Positions 25,868-37,400 of a stretch of DNA of 64,000 nucleotides are shown in pieces. Every line of letters begins with the position of its first letter. Position 1 is the first letter of the stretch. The translations under genes and the position numbers were made by a program. The DNA lies in assembly GCF_963921235.1 (NCBI RefSeq), contig NC_086097.1:255256001-255320000 (forward strand), given 5' to 3'. The stretch is from Mobula hypostoma. Its lineage: Eukaryota. The notes under the pieces are model-generated. The model had not been told where the DNA came from. It made no database searches and was given only the letters and a program-made list of their open reading frames with translations.

Positions 25868-26004
25868 CAAGTAGTGGAGGAGCTACACAGAATGGAACAG
25901 ATGGGAGTCATAACAAGACAAATAGAACCGACCGACTGGGTGAATAGTATGGTGACAGTGGTCACAGAAAAAAAGAAGAGGATTTGCATGGATCCACAAG
26001 ATCT

Positions 26005-29000
26005 AAGCCTCCCGGACGTCTACATCTGCGCCAAGTGCATCGAGATGCAGCTCCTAAGGGACCACGTTACGGAACTGGAGCTGCAGCTCGATGACCTTTG
26101 TCTGGTCAGGGACAGTGAGGAGTTGATACAGAGGAGTTATAGGCAGGTGGTCACACCGGGGCCATAGGAGGCAGACCAGTGGGTCACGGTTAGGAGGGGG
26201 AAGGGGAAGAGTCAGGTAATAGAGAGTACCCTGGTGGCTGAGCCCCTTAACTGTTTGAGTACTGTTGGGGGGGACAGCTTACCCGGGGGAAGTGACAGTG
26301 GCCGTGCCTCCGGCACAGAGTCCGGCCCTGCAGCTCAGAAGGGTAGGGAAAGGAAGAGGAGGGCAGTTGTGATAGGGGACTCGATAGTAAGGGGGTCAGA
26401 TAGGCGATTCTGTGGACGCAGTCCAGAGACCCAGATGGTAGTTTGCCTCCCTGGTGCCGGGGTCCGGGATATTTCTGATCGTGTTCAAGATATCCTGAAG
26501 TGGGAGCGTGAGGAGCCAGAGGTCGTGGTACATATAGGTACCAATGACATAGGTAGGAAAAGGGAAGAGGTCCTTAAAGGACAATATAGGGAGCTAGGAA
26601 GGGAGTTGAGAAAAAGGACCGCAAAGGTAGTAATCTCGGGATTACTGCCTGTGCCACGCGACAGTGAGAGTAGGAATGCAATGAGGTGGAGGATAAATGC
26701 TTGGCTGAGGGATTGGAGCAGGGGGCAGGGATTCAAGTTTTTGGATCATTGGGACCTCTTTTGGCGCAGGCGTGACCTGTACAAAAAGGACGGGTTACAC
26801 TTGAATCCCAGGGGGACCAATATCCTGGCAGGGAGATTAGCGAGGGCTACTGAGGTGACTTTAAACTAGACTGGTTGGGGAGTGGGAATCAAATTAAAGA
26901 GGCTAGGCGTGAGGAGGTTAGTTCACAACAGGGGGATGGGAACCAGTGCAGAGAGACAGAGGGGTGTAAAGTGAGGGTAGAAGCAAAAAGTAGTAAGGAG
27001 AAAAGTAAAAGTGGCAGGCCGACAAATCCAGGGCAAGCATCAAAAAGGGCCACTTTTCAACATAATTGTATAAGGGCTAAGAGAGTTGTAAAAGAGCGCC
27101 TGAAGGCTTTGTGTGTCAATGCAAGGAGCATTCGTAACAAGGTGGATGAATTGAAAGTGCAGATTGTTATTAATGATTATGATATAGTTGGGATCACAAA
27201 GACATGGCTCCAGGGTGACCAAGGATGGGAGCTCAACGTCCAGGGATATTCAATATTCAGGAGGGATAGACATGAAGGAAGGGGAGGTGGGGTGGCGTTG
27301 CTGGTTAAAGATGAGATTAACGCAATAGAAAGGAAAGACATAAGCCGGGAAGATGTGGAATTGATATGGGTAGAGCTGCGTAACTCTAAGGGGCAGAAAA
27401 TGCTGGTGGGAGTTGTGTACAGGCCACCTAACAGTAGTAGTGAGGTCGGAGATGGTATTAAACAGGAAATTAGAAATGTATGCAATGAAGGAACAGCAGT
27501 TATAATGGGTGACTTCAATCTACATGTAGATTGGGTGAACCAAATTGGTAAAGGTGCTGAGGAAGAGGATTTCTTGGAACGTATGCGGGATGGTTTCTTG
27601 AACCAACATGTCGAGGAACCAGCAAGAGAGCAGGCTATTCTGGACTGGGTTTTGAGCAATGAGGAACGGTTAATTAGCAATCTTGTCGTGAGAGGCTCCT
27701 TGGGTAAGAGTGACCATAATGTGGTGGAATTCTTCATTAAGATGGAGAGTGACATAGTTAATTCAGAAACAAAGGTTCTGAACTTAAAGAGGGGTAACTT
27801 TGAAGGTATGAGACGTGAATTAGCTAAGATAGACTGGCAGATGAAACTTAAAGGATTGACAGTGGATATGCAATAGCAATCATTTAAGGATTGCATGGAT
27901 GAACTACAACAATTGTTCATCCCAGTCTGGCAAAAGAATAAATCAAGGAAGGTAGTGCACCCGTGGCTGACAAGAGAAATTAGGGATAGTATCAATTCCA
28001 AAGAAGAAGCATACAAATTAGCCAGAAAAAGTGGCTCACCTGAGGACTGGGAGAAATTCAGAGTTCAGCAGAGGTGGGCAAAGGGCTTAATTAGGAAGGG
28101 GAAAAAAAATGAGAGAAAACTAGCAGGGAACATAAAAACTGACTGTAAAAGCTTTTATAGATATGTAAAAAGGAAAAGACTGGTAAAGACAAATGTAGGT
28201 CACCTACAGACAGAAACAGGTGAATTGATTATGGGGAGCAAGGGCATGGCAGACCAATTGAATAATTACTTTGGTTCTGTCTTCACTAAGGAGGACAGAA
28301 ATAATCTTCCAGAAATAGTAGGGGACAGAGGGTCCAGTGAGATGGAGGAACTGAGCGAAATGCATGTTAGTAGGGAAGTGGTGTTGGGTAAATTGAAGGG
28401 ATTAAAGGCAGATAAATCCCCAGGGCCAGATGGTCTGCATCCCAGAGTGCTTAAGGAAGTAGCCCAAGAAATAGTGGATGCATTAGTGATAATTTTTCAA
28501 AACTCGTTAGATTCCAGACTAGTTCCTGAGGATTGGAGGGTGGCTAATGTAACCCCACTTTTTAAAAAAGGAGGGAGAGAGAAACCAGGGAATTATAGAC
28601 CGGTTAGCCTAACGTCAGTGGTGGGGAAACTGCTGGAGTCAGTTATCAAAGATGTGATAACAGCATATTTGGAAAGCGGTGAAATCATCGGACAAAGTCA
28701 GCATGGATTTGTGAAAGGAAAATCATGTCTGACGAATCTCATAGAATTTTTTGAGGATGTAACTAGTAGAGTGGATAGGGGAGAACCAGTGGATGTGGTA
28801 TATTTGGATTTTCAAAGGCTTTTGACAAGGTCCCACACAGGAGATTAGTGTCCAAACTTAAAGCACAAGGTATTGGGGGTAAGGTATTGATGTGGGTAGA
28901 GAATTGGTTAGCAGACAGGAAGCAAAGAGTGGGAATAAACAGGACCTTTTCAGAGTGGCAGGCAGTGACTAGTGGGGTACTGCAAGGCTCAGTGCTGGGA

Positions 29001-29991
29001 CCCCAGTTGTTTACAATATATATTAATGACTTGGATGAGGGAATTAAATGCAGCATCTCCAAGTTTGCGGATGACACGAAGCTGGGTGGCAGTGTCAGCT
29101 GTGAGGAGGATGCTAAGAGGATGCAGGGTGACTTGGATAGGTTGGGTGAGTGGGCAAATTCATGGCAGATGCAATTTAATGTAGATAAATGTGAAGTTAT
29201 CCACTTTGGTGGCAAAAATAGGAAAACAGATTATTATCTGAATGGTGGCCGATTAGGAAAAGGGGAGGTGCAACGAGACCTGGGTGTCATTATACACCAG
29301 TCATTGAAAGTGGGCATGCAGGTACAGCAGGCGGTGAAAAGGGCGAATGGTATGCTGGCATTTATAGCGAGAGGATTCAAGTACAGGAGCAGGGAGGTAC
29401 TACTGCAGTTGTACAAGGCCTTGGTGAGACCACACCTGGAGTATTGTGTGCAGTTTTGGTCCCCTAATCTGAGGAAAGACATCCTTGCCATAGAGGGAGT
29501 ACAAAGAAGGTTCACCAGATTGATTCCTGGGATGGCAGGACTTTCATATGAAGAAAGACTGGATGAACTGGGCTTTTACTCGTTGGAATTTAGAAGATTG
29601 AGGGGGGATCTGATTGAAACGTATAAAATCCTAAAGGGATTGGACAGGCTAGATGCAGGAAGATTGTTCCCGATGTTGAGGAAGTCCAGAACGAGGGGTC
29701 ACAATTTGAGGATAAAGGGGAAGCCTTTTAGGACCGAGATTAGGAAAAACTTCTTCACACAGAGAGTGGTGAATATGTGGAATTCTCTGCCACAGGAAAC
29801 AGTTGAGGCCAGTTCACTGGCTATATTTAAGAGGGAGTTAGATATGGCCCTTGTGGCTACGGGGATCAGGGGGTATGGTGGGAAGGCTGGTGCAGGGTTC
29901 TGAGTTGGATGATCAGCCATGATCACAATAAATGGCAGTGCAAGCTCGAAGGGCCGAATGGCCTACTCCTGCTCCTATTTTCTATGTTTCT
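26005..29991 (+). mobile_element. Near full-length CR1 LINE (subfamily B): ORF1 with CxxC/coiled coil and SGNH esterase, ORF2 APE-RT
   Basis: ORF1 motifs VIGDSIVR, HIGTND, DGLHL (26234-26869); ORF2 26875-29903 broken by a stop at 27874-27876 and a frameshift near 28820; TTTCTATG tail; ATCT at both junctions (26001-26004, 29992-29995). Confidence 0.96.
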
Positions 29992-32442
29992 ATCTCAACC
30001 AAGCCATCAAAAGAGAGCACGATCCGCTGCTCACGGTTGAAGGGGTTGTCTCCCGCATGCCTAATGCAAAATACTTTTCAGTATTAGACGTAAATCAAGG
30101 TTTCTGGCCGATCAAGCTGGATGAAAGAAGTTCCAAATTATGCACTTTCAACACACCCATAGGGAGATATCATTTCCTGCATCTACCCTTTGGGATTTCT
30201 TCTGCATCAGAGGTATTCCAGAGATCAGTGGCACAAGTGATTGAAGACCTGGACGGGGTGGTCAACATCATTGATGATTTGCTGATATGAGGTGACACAA
30301 TTGAAGAACATGATCAGAGACTGGGGAAGCTCCTGGAGAGAGCACGTGAGTACAACCTAAAACTGAACAAAAGTAAATGTAAGATCAGAACTACAGAGAT
30401 CAAATACATAGGTCATGTGCTCAGTGCTGATGGGCTAAAACCAGATGATGAAAAGGTCAGAGCTGTGGTACAGCTACTACCACCCAAAGACAAGCAAGAA
30501 CTATTGAGGTTCATGGGCATGATACAGTATCTTCCCAAATTCATTCCCAACTTATCAGAGGTCAGCGCTCCACTCCGAAAACTACTGGAGAGCAACACTG
30601 AATGGCATTGGGAAGACAAACAAAAGAAAAGTTTTGACACATTGAAGCAGTTGGTTACCAGTGCACCAGCACTCAAGTTCTATGATGTCAATAAACCCGT
30701 GACGATGTCTGTGGATGCCAGTTCAGAGGGAATAGGAGCTGTTACACTGCAGGATGGGAGGCCTGTGGCGTATGGATCACGAGCACTTACGGACTGTCAA
30801 CGCCGATATACCCAAATCGAGAAGGAATTACTCACCATAGTTTATGGGTGTGAGAAATTCCACCAATATGTATACGGCAAAGAAATCCAGATTGAGAGTG
30901 ATCACAAACCACTTGAGAGCATCTTCAAAAAGCCACTCCACCAAGCTCCTATGAGGCTGCAAAGGATGCTTTTCAGGGTACAGAGGTGCACTCTCACAGT
31001 CACCCATAAGCCAGGAAAAGAACTGTACATCGCTAATGCTTTGAGCCGTGCTTACCTCAAAGAGCAAAAGGAAGAGCTGCTAGGAAGAGAGCTGGAGGTC
31101 AACTGGGTTACACCTCAGCTACCCATCTCTGAGGAGAAGTTGAACATGTTCAGGAAAGCGACTGCAGATGATCCTGAAATGCAAACGCTAAGAGACCTTA
31201 CAATGAATGGATGGCCAGCAGAAAGAAAAGATGTTCCAAAGGAAATGCAGAAATACTGGACATTTAAAGAGGAAATCAGCTATGCATCAGGACTAATGTT
31301 CAAAACGGCAAAACTCATCAAACCAAATGAGACAGGAAATGCTGAACAGAATTCATGAGTCACACCTGGGGAGAGTGAAATGTAAAGAAAGAGCAAGGGA
31401 CATTCTCTATTGGCCAGGCATGTCAACTCAGATAGAGGATATTGTGTCTCAGTGTGCTGTCTGTAATGAAAACAAAAACAGCAATCCAAGAGAGCCTCTG
31501 CTTTCCCACCCACTACCAGGAAGACCATGGGAGAAAATTGGCACAGATCTCTTTCACTACAATGGTACAGAATATCTGCTTTGTGTGGGCTACTATTCAA
31601 AATATCCGGAGATCACCAAGTTAAGTGACACGTCCAGTCGAGGTGTCATTACCGCAATGAAGTCAACATTCGCAAGACATGGGATTCCTGATATTGTCGT
31701 TAGTGACAATGATCCACAATATGCCAGTGGTGAGTTCAGAGGGTTCTCAGAAAGCTGGGAATTTCAACATGTTACTTCCAGTCCAGGGCACGCTCAGTCT
31801 AATGGACAAGCAGAGAGAACTGTACAAACTGTCAAGAACATGCTCAAGAAGGCACATAGCAGCAACGGTGACCCTTACATCGCTCTGCTTGAATACCGCA
31901 ACACACCGATTGAGGGTGTGGGGTTCTCTCCTGCGCAGCTGTTGATGGGACGTCGTCTGAAGTCCAGACTGCCAACATCCACAACTCTACTGACTCCTGA
32001 AGGTAATACTCAAGTACATGACAAGCAAAAGTACAAGCAAATAAAGCAAAAGAGCTACTATGACAGACATACAAGACAGTTGCCAGATCTGCATACAGGT
32101 GAAAATGTCAGAATACAGAGAGGGGACACTTGGCAACCAGCTGTGGTTGTGAACAGACATCAGCAACCAAGATCCTTCATAGTTCGCACGCCGGATGGAA
32201 GAATCTACAGGAGGAACAGGAAGCATCTGCTGAAGACAGGCGAGAGGGAGTTTCCACGTACAGATGCACAGGACATTTCCACATGTACAGACATGGAAAC
32301 AAACGACACCAAGAGTGATGCTGACCGCAAAGACACAGAGGTTACTGGAGAGACTCACACTGATGAAGGACAAGCACAGTCACAGTTGTATCACACACGG
32401 TCTGGGAGACAGGTCAAACTGCCAGCTGGATACAGAGACTAG
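29992..32442 (+). pseudogene. Gypsy pol remnant: RT, RNase H and integrase, with stop and frameshifts
   Basis: FSVLDVNQGFW, LPFGISSA, IIDD (RT); VDASSEGIGA, IEKELL, SDHKPL (RNase H); H..H...C..C zinc finger, GTDLF, VSDN and NGQAERTVQT (integrase). RT N-terminus lies at 25868-26004. Confidence 0.92.
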
Positions 32443-32879
32443 ACATACATACAGTCTCACACAGTTTGAGGCACAGTCACACATGTCATAAGTTCCAGGG
32501 TGTGAAATAAAAGGTTTATTATTCTATGTTAGTAAAAGAAAATACACTGCTGTTAGTATTGTAAAATACAATTCAGAATACAGTATAAGAAGGTAAGATT
32601 TTTTTTAGTTTATGTCACTGTAAGAAGGGCATACCTAGAGGCATTGTGTTGGTAATTCACAGTGTTGTAAAAAGAATCTTGAGAAGGGGCATGTAATGCA
32701 TTGTGTGAGTATTCGTAGCGTCAGAGTGCGTATGATGTCAGGACGTGGAAAAGGTTTAAAAATAGAAGTCTGGTGAATAAACGAGGTTGTTAAATCTAGA
32801 GCGGTGTCCGAGTCACATCAATATTACAGTATGCGAGTCCCAATCAATATGTGGAAAGTTAAAATTACCTAAAATAACA

Positions 32880-33805
32880 GTTTTTTTTTGCAACAATCTC
32901 TAATCCTGTCACCCACGGTTCCTTCACCCTACCATTCTTTATCTTCCTCACCGGGACAAATTTATCCCTAACATCGTGCAAGAGATCTCTAAACATCATC
33001 CACATGTCCATAGTACATTTCCCTGCAAAAACATCATCCCAATTCACACCCACAAGTTCTAGCCTTATAGCCTCATAATTTGCCCTTCCCCAATTAAAAA
33101 TTTTCCTGTCCTCCACAATAATGCTAAAGGCCAGGGAGCGGTGGTCATTGTCCCCAGATGCTCACCAACTAAGAGATCTGTGACCTGACCCTGTTCATTA
33201 CTTAGTACTAGATCTAGTATGGCATTCCCCCTAGTCGGCCTGTCAACATACTGTGACAGGAATCAGAATCAGAACTAGAATCAGAATCCTTTATTATCAC
33301 CAAGTATGTGGACACGTACAGGGAATTTGATCCCAGTTTCCCTGAGCTCTCGCTGTACAGAATCAAAAAGCAAACAAAACAATAGTGCAAATAATCGTGA
33401 ACTACATACAGTGAGGTATACCTGTGTATGTACAGGTGGACGTGGTTTATAATAGACTAAAATTCAAGTGTTCATAAGACTGATGGCATACGGAAAGAAA
33501 CTGTTCTTGTACCTATTTGTCCTGGCATACAGTGATCTAAAGCGCCTACCAGAAGGAAGGAGTTGGAACAGGCGATGTCCAGGGTGTGATGGGTCTACAA
33601 TGATGCTGCTTGCTTGCTTCCTGACTCTAGATGTATATAAGTCCTGGATCGAGGGCAGCTTCACGCCAATAATCTTTTCCGCCGCCCTGACGGTTCTTTG
33701 GAGTCGATACTTGTCCTGGACATCCATCCTGGATACACTTAACAAACTCTACCCCATCTAAACCATTGGAACTAATCAGGTGCCAATCAATATTAGGGAA
33801 GTTTC
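32880..33805 (-). mobile_element. CR1 endonuclease-region fragment (subfamily C) interrupted by a Rex/Babar fragment
   Basis: EDRKIFNWGRANYEAIRLELVGVNWDDVFAGKC is near-identical to 36330-36800. Confidence 0.85.
33265..33724 (-). mobile_element. Rex1/Babar LINE 3' fragment with (GATTCT)n tail
   Basis: RLQRTVRAAEKIIG...DPSHPGHRLFQLLPSGRRFRSLYARTNRYKNSFFPYAISLMN; AATAAA then (GATTCT)n on minus. Confidence 0.85.
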
Positions 33806-34422
33806 CTTGGCTTTTATGCAGACCTCAAGTTCCTTTGTCAGATACGATTGCCTACCCCTGATTTCAGTGTAGTAAAGGAAACTACAGTGGTATGAGAGAG
33901 GAGCTGGCCAAAGTAAATTGGAAGGAGATGCTGGCAGGGATGATAGCAGAGCAGAAATGGCTTGAGTGTCTGGGAAAAATAAGGAAGATGCAGGATAGAT
34001 GTATTCCAAAAATAAAGGAATACTTAAATGGCAACATAGTCAACCATGGCTGTCAAGGGAAATCAAAGCGAAAGAAAGTGCAAACAGCAAAGCAAAAATT
34101 TGCAGGAAGATAGACTATTGAGAAGCCTTTAAAAACCTACAGAAAGCAACTAAAAATCCTTAGGAGGGAAAGATGAGGTATGAAAGCAAACTAGCAAACA
34201 ATATCAAGGTGGATAGACAAAGCTATTTTGAGTATATATAAAAATTAAAGAGAGATGAGAGTGCATATAGGACCCCTAGAAATAAGGCTGGAGAAATAAT
34301 GATAGGAGAAACGGAAATGGCAAATGAACTAAATGAGTATTTTGCATCAGTGTTCACCATGGAAGACACTAGCAGTGTGCCAGGTGTTGAAGGTTGTGAA
34401 GGAAGAGAAGTGAGTGCAGTTA

Positions 34423-37400
34423 CATAGAACATAGAATAGTAGAGCACATAACAGGCCCTTCGGCCCACAATGTTGTGCCGACCCTCAAACCCTGCCTCCC
34501 ATATAACCCCCCACCTTAAAATCCTCCATATACCTGTCTAGTAGTCTCTTAAATTTCACTGGTGTATCTGCCTCCACCACTGACTCAGGCAGTGCATTCA
34601 ACGCACCAACCACTCTCTAAGTAAAACACCTTCCTCTAATACCCCCCTTGAATTTCCCACCCCGCTTACCTTAAAGCCATGTCCTCTTCTATTGAGCAGT
34701 GGTGCCCTGGGGAGAGGCGCTGGCTATCCACTCCATCTATTCCTCTTATTATCTTGTACACCTCTATCATGTCTCCTCTCATCCTCCTTCTCTCCAAAGA
34801 GTAAAGCCCTAGCTCCCTTAATCTCTGATCATCCTGATATATCTCCTCTGTACCCTTTCCAATGATTCCACATCCTTCCTATAGTGAGGCGACCAGAACT
34901 GGACACAGTACTCCAAGTGTGGCCTAACCGGAGTTTTATAGAGCTGCATTATTACATCGCGACGCTTGAACTCTATTCCTCGACTTATGAAAGCTGACAC
35001 CCCATAAGCTTTCTTAACTACCCTATCCACCTGTGAGGCAACTTTCAGGGATCTGTGGACATGTACCCCCAGATCCCTCTGCTCCTCCACACTACCAAGT
35101 ATCCTGCCATTTACTTTGTATTGTGCCTTGGAGTTTGTCCTTCCAAAGTGTACCACCTCGCACTTCTCCAGGTTGAATTCCATCTGCCAATTCTCAGCCC
35201 ACTTCTGCATCTTATCAATGTCTCTCTGCAATCTTTGACAATCCTCTACACTATCTACAACACCACCAACCTTTGTGTCGTCTGCAAACTTGCCAACCCA
35301 CCCTTCTACCCCCACATCCAGGTAGAGGTCACGGAAAGTAGAGGTCCCACAACAGAGCCTTGTGGGTCACCACTAGTATCAACCCTCAAATCTGAATGTA
35401 CTCCCTCCACCACAACCCTCTGTCTTCTGCAGGCAAGCCAACTCTGAATCCACCTGGTCAAACTTCCCTGGATCCCATGCCTTCTGACTTTCTGAATAAG
35501 CCTACCGTGTGGAACCTTGTCAAATGCTTTACTAAACTCCATGTAGATCACATCCACTACACTACCCTCATCTATATGCCTGGTCACCTCCTCAAAGAAC
35601 TCTATCAGGCTTGTTAGACAAGATCTGCACTTCACAATGCCATGTTGACTGTCCCTGATCAGACCATGAAATCTAAGAATCTTTTCCAACAGCTTTCCCA
35701 CCACAGATGTAAGGCTCACTGGTCTACAATTACCCGGACTATCCCTATTACCTTTTTTGAACAAGGGGACAACATTCACCTCCCTCCAATCCTCCAGTAC
35801 TATTCCCGTGGACAACGAGGACATAAAGATCCTAGCCAGAGGCACAGCAATCTCTTCCCTCACCTTGTGGAGCAGCCTGGGGAATTCATCAGGCCCCAGG
35901 GACTTATCCGTCCTAATGTATTTTAACAACTCCAACACCTCCTCTCCATTAATATCAACATGCTCCAGAACATCAACCTCACTCATATTGTCCTCACTGC
36001 CATTAAGTTCCGTCTTATTGGTGAATACCGAAGAGAAGTATTCATTGAGGACCTTGCTCACTTCCACAGCCTCCAGGCACATCTTCCCACCTTTATCTCT
36101 AATCAGTCCTACCTTCACTCCTGTCATCCTTTTGTTCTTCACATAATTGAAGAATGCCTTGGGGTTTTCCTTTACCCTACTTGCCAAGGCCTTCTCATGC
36201 CCCCTTCTTGCTCTTCTCAGCCCCTTCTTAAGCTCCTTTCTTGCTTCCCTATATTCCTCAATAGACCCATCTGATCCTTGCTTCTGAAACTTCATGTATG
36301 CTGCCTTCTTCCACCTGACTAGATTTTCCACCTCACTTGTCACCCATGGTTTCTTCAACCTACCATCCTTTATCTTCCTCACTGGGACAAACTAGTCCCT
36401 AACATCCTGCAAGAGATCTATAAATATCGACCATATGTCCTTAGTACATTTTCCTGCAAAAACATCATCCCAATTCACACCCACAAGTTCTAGCCTTATA
36501 GCTTCATAGTTTGCCCTTCCCCAATTAAGAATTTTCCTGTCCTCTTTGATTCTATCCTTTTCCATGATAATGCTAAAGGCCAGGGAGCAGTGGTCACTAT
36601 CCCCCAGATGCTCACCCACTGAGAGATCTGTGACCTGACCTGGTCCGTTACCTAATACTAGATCTAGTATGGCATTCCCCCTAGTCGGCCTGTCAACATA
36701 CTGTGACAGGAATCTGTCCTAGCCACACTTAACAAACTCTGCCCCATCTAAACCCTTGGTACTAATCAGGTGGCAATCAATATTAGGGAAGTTAAAGTCA
36801 CCCATGATAACAACCCTGTTATTTTTGCACATTTCCAAAATCTGCCTCCCAATCTGCTCCTCTGTATCTCTGCTGCTAGCAGGGGGCCTATAGAATACCC
36901 CCAATAGAGTAACTGCTCCCTTCCTGTTCCTGACTTCCACCCATACTGACTCAAAAGAGGATCCTGCTACATTACCCACCCTTTCTGTTGCTGTAATTGT
37001 ATCCCTGACCAGTAATGCCACCCCTCCTCCCCTCCCCTCCCCATCCCTCTTAAAGCACTGAAATCCAGGAATATTGAGAATCCATTCCTGCCCTGGTGCC
37101 AGCCAAGTCTCTGTAATGGCCACTACATCATAATTCCATGTATGTATCCAAGCTCTCAGTTCACCTTTGTTCCTGATGCTTCTCACGTTGAGGTACACAC
37201 ACTTTTGCCCTTTTACCTTAATACCTTTACACCGTTTATTCTGCTTCTCTTTCCTCAAAGCCTCTCTATATGTTAGATCTGGCTTTTCTCCATGCACTTT
37301 TTCACTGCTCTATCGCTCCGGGTCCCATCCCCCTTGCAAATTAGTTTAAACCCTCCCGAACCATGCTAGCAAACCTACCTGCAAGGATATTGCCGGCCCT

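Larger units (their letters stand above)
25713..32828 (+). mobile_element. Ty3/Gypsy LTR retrotransposon (short LTRs, Mag/K02A2.6-like), gag-PR absent, interrupted by CR1
   Basis: 137-bp LTRs at 25713-25849 and 32692-32828 (TGTAAT...ATTACA; 9 differences by my count); PBS 25850-25867; PPT GAGAAGGGGCA; pol order RT-RNaseH-integrase. Confidence 0.95.

Noticed and set aside
25808..26167. 119-aa ORF as a novel RT/zinc-finger fusion
   Set aside because: Chance in-frame join of LTR/PBS, a Gypsy RT piece and the CR1 ORF1 start, with a non-ATG start.
27177..28016. 279-aa minus-strand ORF and similar antisense ORFs throughout the window
   Set aside because: Shadow frames opposite CR1 ORF2 with no independent domain signal.
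31327..32442. Domesticated integrase gene
   Set aside because: Lies within an LTR-bounded element, is frameshifted from pol, and shows decay such as SDND for SDNG and VGYYS for VDYYS.
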